Positions 50,846-59,724 of a stretch of 64,000 nucleotides of DNA are shown here, piece by piece (position 1 is the first letter of the stretch; each line of letters begins with the position of its first letter). The stretch covers positions 32,978 to 96,977 of the forward strand of contig JBEKBM010000009.1 in assembly GCA_050015395.1 (NCBI GenBank), read 5' to 3'. This DNA is from Candidatus Bathyarchaeia archaeon (GTDB lineage Archaea; Thermoproteota; Bathyarchaeia; Bathyarchaeales; Bathycorpusculaceae). A program made the position numbers and the translations under genes. The notes under the pieces are model-generated. The model made no database searches, had not been told where the DNA came from, and was given only the letters and a program-made list of their open reading frames with translations.

Positions 50846-51280
50846 TTACACGTAATCCTTAAGATGTAACACTCTAAACTGCCCTTTTGCTTTTTCGTAA
50901 AGCTTTGTATCAGACGTTATAAATTGCGCTCTTATTTTATCGGACAAGAAAACGTAAGCAGCATCATAAATTGCGATATCTAACTCGCATGCTATATCAA
51001 GCACTTCAGACGCCTGAGGCCAATCCAGTTCATAAAGCGTTATTGTAGTATCGCCAAGGGTCTTGAGAGCTTCCTGTGAATCTTCCTTCGAAAGTCTCTT
51101 CAGCTTTACCGCTTTCCAAAGAGCATTTGTGACCTCTAATGGAAGAATTGTTGGCGCGAAAAGGTTAGCTATTCCTGAAACTTGGTCTTGTTTTAACTTG
51201 AAGGCATTTTCCTGATAAGTTTCGATGGGTAAGACCCATTTGGCAATGACACTTGCGTCAACTACGTAATTCCTGCTGAT
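50846..51280 (-). pseudogene. vapC: VapC PIN toxin lacking a canonical start codon
   Basis: Open 144-codon frame (ATC)SRNYVVDASVIAKW...LEVTNALW...IYDAAYV...ITSD; in-frame TAG just upstream. Confidence 0.8.
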
Positions 51281-51507
51281 CTCTCTCTACCCTCTCTTAT
51301 CCAAGATAATAATTCCTCTTCAGACACAGGTTTACTGCGTTTCCGAATCTCATCCAGTTTTTCAGATGCAGCTCTCATTTTTTCTTGATCGATTTTCTTT
51401 TGAACGCATTCTCGGATGTATTGGCTCCAGTTCACTTTAACTTGCTTCATTTGCTTCTTTAGTTCGCTCGGAACTTTAACGGTGATAACATCTACTTGCT
51501 TCACCAT
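51262..51507 (-). CDS. RHH-type VapB antitoxin
   Basis: ITVKVPSELKKQM...VNWSQYIR; upstream of PIN frame. Confidence 0.8.
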   Translation of the reverse strand: MVKQVDVITVKVPSELKKQMKQVKVNWSQYIRECVQKKIDQEKMRAASEKLDEIRKRSKPVSEEELLSWIREGRERSAGIT

Positions 51508-51720
51508 ATACATCAGTGGACTATACTGGCGAGTATTACTAATAAACATTACACTGCAGCTAAGAGATTTAGAAAAAAAGTTATAAGATTGAAAACAAAA
51601 AACAAACAAAAATAAAATGTTGCGAAGGCTTTTCATCGGTTCTTCAAATACGCACAAAGTAACAATTTAAGGGTAAAATAAGCTGTTTTAAATATCCCTT
51701 TTTTTAAAGAGGCTCTTGGT

Positions 51721-51794
51721 GGGCAGGTAGTGAAGACTGGTATCATGGGCGCCTATCAAGCGCAAGTTCTCGGGTTCGAGTCCCGACCTGTCCA
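51721..51794 (+). tRNA. Atypical tRNA: Ala-type acceptor (G3:U70, A73) with ATC anticodon
   Basis: GGGCAGG TA GTGA AGACTGGTA TCAT G GGCGC CTATCAA GCGCA AGTTC TCGGG TTCGAGT CCCGA CCTGTCC A; TATA-like TTTTAAATA at 51686-51694. Confidence 0.75.
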
Positions 51795-52070
51795 CTATAA
51801 CAAACTTCAAAAAGTTTTAAATGAAACCCGTTCATCTTTACGGATATCCCGGGTTCTCATCTCGTGTGTGAAGACTGGTATCATCACAGCTTTTATCCGT
51901 GATTACACAATCACAGTATTTGTTAATAAGTGTTACTTTTTGTTACCTTGATAAAGTAACAATATACGTTAATGTTCCATGCATGGTTGTGTCTTCAAAA
52001 AGTTAACCTCAAAAATCAGAGCAAAATTAGCTTAAAAGAAAGATTAAAATTTTAGTTTAGGGGTTTGTGT

Positions 52071-52139
52071 TTACCATTCTTCTTCTTCCCATTCTTCATC
52101 TTCGCCTTCTTCCCATTCATCTTCCTCTTCGAATATCAT
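52071..52139 (-). CDS. 22-aa hyper-acidic Trp-repeat peptide
   Basis: MIFEEEDEWEEGEDEEWEEEEW*; GAGGTGA RBS 9 nt upstream. Confidence 0.6.
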   Translation of the reverse strand: MIFEEEDEWEEGEDEEWEEEEW

Positions 52140-52436
52140 ATCTCTTTTTCACCTCGCATAAGACGTTTAAAATTACCCTATCCCTGCGGCAGTTTAAACA
52201 TTTAGATTCGTCAAATGACGTTAATCTTGAGCAATGTACCCAGAATCAAACATGCTTCATGCACCGATTTTGTACTAATCTTCCTGCACAATAATAGCTA
52301 GTTCACTGTTATTGTGCAGTTCTGACCTAAAATTTTGGAGCCTAAAACTGTGAGCTCCGATGATAAGGAGGCAGGCAGGAATTCGTGGCGCTGCCCAACA
52401 AAATAGATAAATTCTCCAAAGACCCATTTAAGTCTC

Positions 52437-52500
52437 GGGATGATGTGAGGCGACGGCTTCGAGCCCTAAGCTGTGAGAAATCGTCAAATATCGCTGACCC
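52437..52500 (+). ncRNA. Candidate box C/D sRNA
   Basis: GGG/CCC terminal stem, C-like ATGATGT, D'-like CTAA, C'-like TGTGA, D box CTGA. Confidence 0.45.
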
Positions 52501-52532
52501 ACAAAAACCCGCAATTTCTCCAGCCTTAATTT

Positions 52533-52763
52533 TTATTCTTCTCGGAGTTTTTTCTGGTATTTAACTGGTTCTCCGAAGACGCCTTTTCCAAGCCCCTTCA
52601 ACTCAGCTACTGGATTAAACGGTTTTAAAAGCAAGCCCTCTTCTGTTTCCTTAATTTCTATTATAATTCCATTTTCAATGTTGAATTTCTTGCGAAGCTT
52701 TTTTGGGATAACTACTTGTCCGCGCATGCCAACTTTTACTTTTACAGACAAATTATTCATCAT
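52533..52763 (-). CDS. AbrB/MazE-family antitoxin-like protein (orphan)
   Basis: VGMRGQVVIPKKLRKKFNI. Confidence 0.85.
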   Translation of the reverse strand: MMNNLSVKVKVGMRGQVVIPKKLRKKFNIENGIIIEIKETEEGLLLKPFNPVAELKGLGKGVFGEPVKYQKKLREE

Positions 52764-53025
52764 CAGATAAATATTTGATCAGAGAAATAAAATTTCTTAC
52801 TCAGGTGAAGTCAGCCTGATTAGCCGAATACCACAATAACAGAAGGCGGGTTACAACCAACACACCAGCCCATTTTACTAGCCAAGAAGCTATCGGATAA
52901 ACAAATAGGCTATAAACAGACAAAAAATTCCAGAAAATTCAATGATTTTTCTTGGAACAAACTATGCACGTTTTTCTGAAAAGATTTATCTCCATACTAC
53001 GAATATGTATTTGTCTGTGAAGTAA

Positions 53026-53332
53026 ATGGCGAAGGCCAAACTGGATGAAAATGGCAAGGTTCAGATTCCGTTAGAAGCATTAAAGAAACTCGGGTTGAAA
53101 AGCGGCGCCGAGTTTGAATTGAAACAGGACGACGGCGTTTTGGTTTTAAAGCCAATTCTTCCAGAAAAATCAAGGGTTAAGAGTTCTCCTTTGTCTGCCT
53201 CTGAAAAAAATGGAAATAGAAGAAAGCGAAAGAGAATTCGCTGGGCAGACAACACAAGTTTATGACAATGCATCTGACCTTCTTGATGCGTTGCATGCTG
53301 AAAGGGAAAAAGCACAAGCGTACAATCCTTGA
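53026..53332 (+). pseudogene. AbrB-family protein frameshifted in an A7 run
   Basis: LDENGKVQIPLEALKKLGL; removing one A at 53204-53210 restores MEIEESERE...DLLDALHAER. Confidence 0.6.
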
Positions 53333-53652
53333 GAGACTCCCCCTTATTTTCACTTTCACCGACCCTCTACTTATTGAAAATATCTTTCTGCGATGGTTCA
53401 TTAGGCGAAAACAGCGCATCCTGCAATTCTCAGTATGTTGAAAAAGCACCATTTCATGTTGAAAGTGCGGGGATTAATTCTATGTTGAACTATGTTGAAT
53501 CATAGTTGGAGCCTAATAGAAGCATCTAGTAGACTAGGGAGTAGCTTGTGCACACACAAACGTCCTAAGACAAAAGCCATGAGCTAAACATGCCATTATA
53601 AGGTAAAGCAAAAATAACCTGTCTGCATCTTTCTCTTCTGAGAGAACTTGGT

Positions 53653-54180
53653 ATGATTAACGGCTTTAACCTTTTAGCTACCACTTCGCGCGGGAACGAG
53701 CGACCAATGTGCAATGAACTGCATTACCTGCTCAAGGAACAGTTAGGTGATGCTGAAGCGCAAGTGAGCAAGACCAAAATCAGAGGCTTAATTGTCGGCA
53801 AAACAACGCTGGACCCCTGTGTAATTATAGAGAAATTGCGTGCTATCCTAAAAGAGCGCCCATACGAGTTCCGCTACGCCCTTCGCATCTTGCCCATTGA
53901 AAGGGTTGTGCCAACGGATTTGGAGGAAATTAAACGCGTAACTGCTGAGTTGGCCGCCAGAATCGGCGAGAACGAGACTTTCAGGGTTACGGTTGAAAAA
54001 CGTTTCACTGCACTTCACTCAAAAGACCTCATCGAGGCAGCGGCATCAGATATCAAACGCAAAGCAGATCTTGAGAACCCAGACCGCATATTGCTTATTG
54101 AGGTTCTTGGAGCTTTAACAGGCGTGTCACTGCTTAAACCCAGCGATATCTTGGCGGTTGTTAAAGAGAAAATGCTTTAG
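53653..54180 (+). CDS. THUMP domain RNA-binding protein
   Basis: FRVTVEKR, DLENPD..LLIEVLG. Confidence 0.9.
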   Translation: MINGFNLLATTSRGNERPMCNELHYLLKEQLGDAEAQVSKTKIRGLIVGKTTLDPCVIIEKLRAILKERPYEFRYALRILPIERVVPTDLEEIKRVTAELAARIGENETFRVTVEKRFTALHSKDLIEAAASDIKRKADLENPDRILLIEVLGALTGVSLLKPSDILAVVKEKML

Positions 54181-54182
54181 GC

Positions 54183-54749
54183 TCAAAGTTGAGTTGCCAG
54201 TAGGGCTACTCGCTCGATAACCAAGTTAACCACTGCCTCTGTTCGGTTTTCGTTTTTCATGACAGCCTTTAGCTCTTGGTCTGTAATCTGAAAGGTTTCG
54301 ATAATTTTATGTTCCTTAAATTTCGAGATTTCTAATACTTTCTCGTCAGGTTCCACGCCTACATAGGTGCTGATTGCCTGAAGCATGGTTTTGAGTTGGG
54401 TTGGGTCTTCGCCGATTATTATAATTGCCATGCTTGTGGTTTCGGGCTTGATGCCGCAGCGTTGGATAGCTTTTTGTATTTGCCGTTGCGCGGAAGCGTA
54501 AAGCATTGCTTCCATGGCTAAGCTTTTAGAAATATTTGTTTTGTTTCGGAAAGCTTGCAAAGCGTTTAAGGCTGCGAAGTACAGGTGCTCTTGTGTAGCA
54601 ATTAAGCTGGCGTCAAAGAATTGCAAATCAACGTTTTCTTGGGTTCCTTTTCGGTTTTCTTTCAGGAACGCTTCTGCCCTGGCGAATTTTATGTTTCTAT
54701 ACCCTGTTATTTCCGCGTATTTACTGTATTCTTTTAGGTGATACAGCAT
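54183..54749 (-). CDS. cgi121: KEOPS subunit Cgi121
   Basis: QFFDA, HLYFA, E.MLYASAQRQI..AI. Confidence 0.9.
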   Translation of the reverse strand: MLYHLKEYSKYAEITGYRNIKFARAEAFLKENRKGTQENVDLQFFDASLIATQEHLYFAALNALQAFRNKTNISKSLAMEAMLYASAQRQIQKAIQRCGIKPETTSMAIIIIGEDPTQLKTMLQAISTYVGVEPDEKVLEISKFKEHKIIETFQITDQELKAVMKNENRTEAVVNLVIERVALLATQL

Positions 54750-55342
54750 TATTGGCTCCTATTGCCAGCTTTCAGCAATTTTTCAGCCAACTGTCTTGGC
54801 AAGCCCGCTTTTACAAGATTTGCGATTTCCTTGCTCGTGGCACGTTTGCCTTCCGCTTTTTGCATTATTCTTGCCATCGTTTCTTTGGCTTCCCACGGAA
54901 AAACTATCCAGTGGCTTGTTTCTTTTTCAAAATAATCCGGCGTGGTTATGGTCCCGGGTTTGCAGTACACGGTAGCTATTCTGATTTCCTTTGCGCCCTG
55001 TTGTTCCAGATGTTTTTTTGCAAGCTGCAAGCTCCTGCCACCGTCAGAGACATCATCTACCAACAGGACTTTTTTGTCCGGCAGCTGCGTGTGGAGGCAT
55101 TGCTTTAAAACTGGCTCTTTGCTTTTCTGGGCGATGCCAACGTAATATTCTATTGTGATTATTGCGAAATCCCTGGTTTCCAAAAGGTCTGCCAAGATAC
55201 GTGATGGAACTAACCCGCCCCTTGCGATGCCGACAATAATGTCGGGTTTGTAGCCGTCGCTTTGGATTTTTTGGGCTTGGGCAAGCAGCATGTCGTATAT
55301 TTGATTCCATGTTGGAACTTCATATTGAGTGTCGGCAGCCAC
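54749..55342 (-). CDS. Purine phosphoribosyltransferase
   Basis: GIARGGL, VLLVDDVSDGG, WIVFPWE. Confidence 0.9.
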   Translation of the reverse strand: MAADTQYEVPTWNQIYDMLLAQAQKIQSDGYKPDIIVGIARGGLVPSRILADLLETRDFAIITIEYYVGIAQKSKEPVLKQCLHTQLPDKKVLLVDDVSDGGRSLQLAKKHLEQQGAKEIRIATVYCKPGTITTPDYFEKETSHWIVFPWEAKETMARIMQKAEGKRATSKEIANLVKAGLPRQLAEKLLKAGNRSQ

Positions 55343-55712
55343 TTTTTTAGCCTCTCTAGATTGGTAATTTGTTAGGCTTTAATAGTTAAAGTTTAGGTTT
55401 GTTAAGTCTTTTGTTTTCGGCATACAACAGCGGCTTTAAGGCAGGTTGCCAGAAAAAGCCTTTAATTCCATTTGACTTCAGCCAACTAATTTTAAAAATT
55501 TTACATATTTATTGATTTTAATACCATTTTTAAGCCATATTGCTTATTTTTCTAACCTTTTCTTTGCTTGCTTGGTAATTATTTATAAAGGAGTTTGTTG
55601 ATAATTGATTTCGGGAGATAGGCGTCTGCAGATATGTTTCGTGATTCGTAATATGGTTTAAAAGCTTAAGACGCCAATTTTGATTAATAATAAATGAAAG
55701 GTGTTTAAAAAA

Positions 55713-56045
55713 ATGGCAAAAAATAACGACGAGAAGATTAAGCATGTGCTAACTGACCCAAAGTTGTCCGCTATTAAAGCGATGCTTGAGAAGGACCACG
55801 CTATTGACTGCCTGCTGCTGCTTCATGTTGGCCGCGGCAAATGGAAGGAGGCTAAAGATTTTATGCGCAAAAATAAGCTTACACTAAGCGACGGCACTTT
55901 CAGGGCTAGGATGATTGAGATTGAATCGTTAGGTTTAGCTAAAAGCGAACGTATCGATCCACTCAAGAAATACTACCTCAAAACCGAGTTCGGCGAAAAA
56001 GTAACAAAGCTTCTTCTCGAGCTCTTCGACGAGCTTGAAACTTAA
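55713..56045 (+). CDS. Winged-helix DNA-binding protein
   Basis: LSDGTFRARM.E...LGL, YLKTEFG. Confidence 0.7.
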   Translation: MAKNNDEKIKHVLTDPKLSAIKAMLEKDHAIDCLLLLHVGRGKWKEAKDFMRKNKLTLSDGTFRARMIEIESLGLAKSERIDPLKKYYLKTEFGEKVTKLLLELFDELET

Positions 56046-56266
56046 AAACTCCGTTTCCAACAGTTTTTTATTTTTTTAGCTTCTCTATCTTTTTGATTTG
56101 CATTTACGTTGTACAAGTTTTGACTATTATTTGAATTGCGTTTGGGTTATGTCTTTGTTGTATTTGCGTTGAACGGGTATATAGTATTGTATATTGAGTC
56201 ATAATATTTATTAAGGCAAAAAACAGAAAGACATTCAGCAAACCAAAATGGAGAGAAAAAAAATAA

Positions 56267-56710
56267 ATGAACTTCAGAAAATTTAGAAAATTTAAGAAAA
56301 ACGCAAAAGCCCTAAGCCCCGTAATCGCAACAATCATACTCATAGCCGTCACAGTCGCAGTCAGCGTCGTCGTAGCCGCATGGATGGGAGCCCTCACCAT
56401 AGGATTCATGGGAAACGCAGAACAAGCATCAATAACAAATGCCGTTTACGTCAATAGCACAGCTGTCAACATTACTGTCCAAAACACAGGAAGCGCTAAA
56501 GTAACCATAAACAGCGTAACCATTGATGGAAACGCCACTACCACTAACCCAGCAACACCATTCAATGTCGCTAAAGGAACTTCGGCAACCGTTACTATCG
56601 CTTTCAGTGGAGCAAACGACCAGTTTACTAATAGTGCACAATACACAATAAAACTGCAAACTGCGAAAGGTAACACAATCGCCTACACATACACGTACAG
56701 CGGACCATAA
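56267..56710 (+). CDS. Archaeal type IV pilin
   Basis: KKNAKA|LSPVIATIILIAVTVAVSVVVAAW; VQNTGS; several N-x-S/T sequons. Confidence 0.9.
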   Translation: MNFRKFRKFKKNAKALSPVIATIILIAVTVAVSVVVAAWMGALTIGFMGNAEQASITNAVYVNSTAVNITVQNTGSAKVTINSVTIDGNATTTNPATPFNVAKGTSATVTIAFSGANDQFTNSAQYTIKLQTAKGNTIAYTYTYSGP

Positions 56711-56813
56711 ACTCAGTTTCCACAATCTTTAGACCTTGAAATTCGGGGGTAAGGTGAAAAACGAACCACCAATTTTCCCTTTCTCTTATTTCCTCTTTTG
56801 GAGGCACAAAAAA

Positions 56814-57239
56814 ATGGTTGTCCAATTAAAAGAATATACATCAGCACAGGCAATAGCTGAAGCTCTAGACAAGGATTTATCCGAAACCAAAAGCTTACTA
56901 GGCGAATATCTGCGGCGCTTAGATGAAATTCGCTCGTTAGCGGAAAAATCAAAAAAAATCCGCGACGTCGTCATGAAGCTCGCAGGCAAGAAAGCTCCAA
57001 CTGAAAATACGGGCGAAGTAACAGTAGGCACGTTAAACATCATTTTAGATGCTAATCCATTCCACGAGTTAACAGCCATAGAAGCTGTTGTACGCAGCCA
57101 CCAAGAACGGCTCTTAGTCCTGCAAAAAGTGCGTGAAGCATTAAAATGGCTAGACCAACTCGGCGACACCGAAGGCCTCAAGTACCTAGTGCTGGAAGAC
57201 GAAGGCATCCCACAGCGCATCCTATTCAAAATATCCTAA
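56814..57239 (+). CDS. Hypothetical coiled-coil protein
   Basis: GGAGG RBS; helical heptad pattern. Confidence 0.7.
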   Translation: MVVQLKEYTSAQAIAEALDKDLSETKSLLGEYLRRLDEIRSLAEKSKKIRDVVMKLAGKKAPTENTGEVTVGTLNIILDANPFHELTAIEAVVRSHQERLLVLQKVREALKWLDQLGDTEGLKYLVLEDEGIPQRILFKIS

Positions 57240-57264
57240 ACCGCCGAGCTGGCAGGAGCAAAAA

Positions 57265-58113
57265 GTGACCGAAAACTATTCAACCGCACTGCAAACAATC
57301 ATAAATGAATTCAAAAACATAACCCCAGAAATAACAAACACTTTCATGTTCAAAAAGAACGGCGAAATCATAGCCAGCACCGAAACCACCACTGAAGACC
57401 AAAACAAAAAACTGATCGCCGCCTTCAACGACATAGCTGACCTAGCTGAAACCATCGGCGGCATAGAAACCTTAACCATACAAGGCGCAGATAGCCAATT
57501 AAGCATTACATCCATGAACAATCGTTACTTGGTAAATGTTTCTTCACGTGCGGCAGACGAAAAAATCGTTAAAACGTTAACCCGCGTTATTGTTCCAACC
57601 GTTGTGAAGCTTGTAGATCAAATTCCTGAACTATCAGGCAACGAGTTGCCCCAAGCCAAAAAGCCTGAAGTTAAACCGATTGAAGAAATAGTTCTGCCAG
57701 ATGAGCAAGCAACGCATAGTGAATCAATCCCCGACGTGTCGGCATCGTTTAGTTCTGAACCGATGCTTCCGGAACCGCCTGTAAACCAGTTCATGATAGA
57801 AAAAATCGGAGGCTTACTAGTTCCCTGTGACATTGTGCGAGTAGATAGCGAAGTAATCGCAAAATGGCACGATATCTATGGTGACAAGGAAATCACGCAG
57901 GTACATATCGAAACCTTAGAGGGCAAAGCAATCATATGCAGATTCAAACCCATCAAAGAAACAAGCCACAACGCCAAAGGCATAATACAATTTCCAGAAA
58001 AAGTACTGCAAGCCCTGCAAACTAGCAAAGGCAAACTCGTAATAGTTAAACCAGTAATCACATGCCAAGGAGAAAAAATTGTTGCAGCAAAAAACAAGCG
58101 CCAACGCAGCTGA
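57265..58113 (+). CDS. Roadblock/LC7-like N-domain, acidic linker, C-terminal beta domain
   Basis: FMFKKNGEIIAS...IETLTIQG pattern; C-terminus resembles a double-psi barrel. Confidence 0.65.
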   Translation: MTENYSTALQTIINEFKNITPEITNTFMFKKNGEIIASTETTTEDQNKKLIAAFNDIADLAETIGGIETLTIQGADSQLSITSMNNRYLVNVSSRAADEKIVKTLTRVIVPTVVKLVDQIPELSGNELPQAKKPEVKPIEEIVLPDEQATHSESIPDVSASFSSEPMLPEPPVNQFMIEKIGGLLVPCDIVRVDSEVIAKWHDIYGDKEITQVHIETLEGKAIICRFKPIKETSHNAKGIIQFPEKVLQALQTSKGKLVIVKPVITCQGEKIVAAKNKRQRS

Positions 58114-58486
58114 AACAACGTTGACTAACGAAGTTGTCATAACATCGGTTGATGGTGAAAACTCTGCTTTCGCGAGCCTAAGCGCAAGCCTCGCCGAAAT
58201 ACGTAAACTCAAAGGCGTCATAGGCTACATTCTTAGAAGCAACACCTCAGCCATACTAGACTTAACCGAACCCGACAAAATTACTCAAAAAGTTATCCTA
58301 TCGTCTCAAATCCATGATTCTTGCCAGGAAATCGGAAAACAATTCAATCTTGGCGAAATGGAAAGCGTGCTTGTTGAAGGCGAAAACGTTAAAGTGCTTT
58401 GCATGAGCATTGGCGAAAACAAGATAAGCGTATTCATGGAAAAAAACGCCACCCACTCATGGATAATTAAAAGAATTTTAATTTAA
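58079..58486 (+). CDS. Roadblock/LC7 (MglB-like) protein
   Basis: IRKLKGVIGYILR...LGEMESVLVEG...ISVF. Confidence 0.75.
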   Translation: MLQQKTSANAAETTLTNEVVITSVDGENSAFASLSASLAEIRKLKGVIGYILRSNTSAILDLTEPDKITQKVILSSQIHDSCQEIGKQFNLGEMESVLVEGENVKVLCMSIGENKISVFMEKNATHSWIIKRILI

Positions 58487-58725
58487 AAAATTAAGCTTAA
58501 GCTTGGATAGTTTTCAAGCTACCCGTTCTTTACTAGTCCCTCACTCGGACTAGTGAAGATATAAAAATACATTTTACCATTTTATAAATGCCAACAAAGC
58601 TGCAATGAACACTGGCGCAAACTTACAAAAAAGCGTTCCAAGAAACGAAGAATTCTCGATTAAGTCGCCTTCATAACGTTGCAGCTAAAAAACGGTTTCT
58701 CAAAGAGAAAGGAGAAAAACCATTT

Positions 58726-59079
58726 TTGCAGAGTACACAAACCCTTCCAAGTTTGTTTCTAATCTTTATGGGCTCCGTGGATTGCTTAACCACGGTTATA
58801 GGAAGCCTATACTATGGCACACGGGAGCTCAACCCCGTATTAGCAGGCTTAGTCAACTCAAACCTTCCAGCTTTTGTAATCGTAAAATTAACTGTAACCG
58901 TTTCCGTGGGTTTGATTTTTATTTTAGCACAAAAAACACTCATGAGATCTCCAGACAAAAACTCGGCATCGTTCAAAATTGCGCTTCAAATACTGAGAAT
59001 TACCTATTTTAGCACACTATTATTCCTTGCTATAGTCGTGACAAACAACCTCTTGGTCCTATTCAACAGTCTACTGTAA
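58726..59079 (+). CDS. DUF5658-like membrane protein
   Basis: DCLTT..G...G.RELNP...VKL...VVTNN. Confidence 0.7.
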   Translation: MQSTQTLPSLFLIFMGSVDCLTTVIGSLYYGTRELNPVLAGLVNSNLPAFVIVKLTVTVSVGLIFILAQKTLMRSPDKNSASFKIALQILRITYFSTLLFLAIVVTNNLLVLFNSLL

Positions 59080-59145
59080 AAATTTTTTCGCTTGAACAGA
59101 TTTAGTTGGAAAGCGCTTTAAGGAAAGTTCGCATAGCACTAAACT

Positions 59146-59724
59146 GTGACCGTCTTGCCTAGAGAATTCATCTTGTTCTCACGTTTGGGAAAAACCAACT
59201 CAGCATTCAGCAACCTGCACGATGCAGGAAGATTAGATATTGTCTACGAATGCGTAGTTACCAGCCTTTTCCTTTCACATGGCATACGCAGAGACGTAAC
59301 TTTTCATGCCATGTTGAACGGTCCGCCAAATCCGCCGTTACACATACGAATCGACGGCAGCAGCCTCTATGACGTGCGAACGGACGTGGATACATGGCAG
59401 CAAATTCTGAGAAAAGTAATCGCAGGCAAGTCCCACCCTGGCATCAGCGTAGACAAGACAAGTTTTGAAGCATTACTTAAAAAAGAAGCCCAAAGCCACA
59501 ACGTGTATGTTTTGGAAGAAGGCGGAAAAAACATAGCTGAAACAGAACTTGCTGACAATGCTATCTTTGTGCTCGGTGACCATGTTGGTTTGCCTAAAAA
59601 AGCAGAAATGTTCGCTCTCAGGTACGGCGAAAAAATCAGTTTAGGCAAACAGCCCTACTTAGCGGCTTCGTGCATTACAATAATCAATTACTTGCTGGAC
59701 TGCCAAGCTAAATCTCACTCTTGA
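59146..59724 (+). CDS. trmY: tRNA pseudouridine-54 N1-methyltransferase
   Basis: AGRLD, LSHGIRRD, FVLGDHVG, SLG...LAASCI. Confidence 0.93.
   Translation: MTVLPREFILFSRLGKTNSAFSNLHDAGRLDIVYECVVTSLFLSHGIRRDVTFHAMLNGPPNPPLHIRIDGSSLYDVRTDVDTWQQILRKVIAGKSHPGISVDKTSFEALLKKEAQSHNVYVLEEGGKNIAETELADNAIFVLGDHVGLPKKAEMFALRYGEKISLGKQPYLAASCITIINYLLDCQAKSHS

Noticed and set aside
51721-51794. Calling this an ordinary tRNA-Asp
   Set aside because: Anticodon is ATC rather than GTC, discriminator is A rather than G, and the acceptor stem is Ala-like
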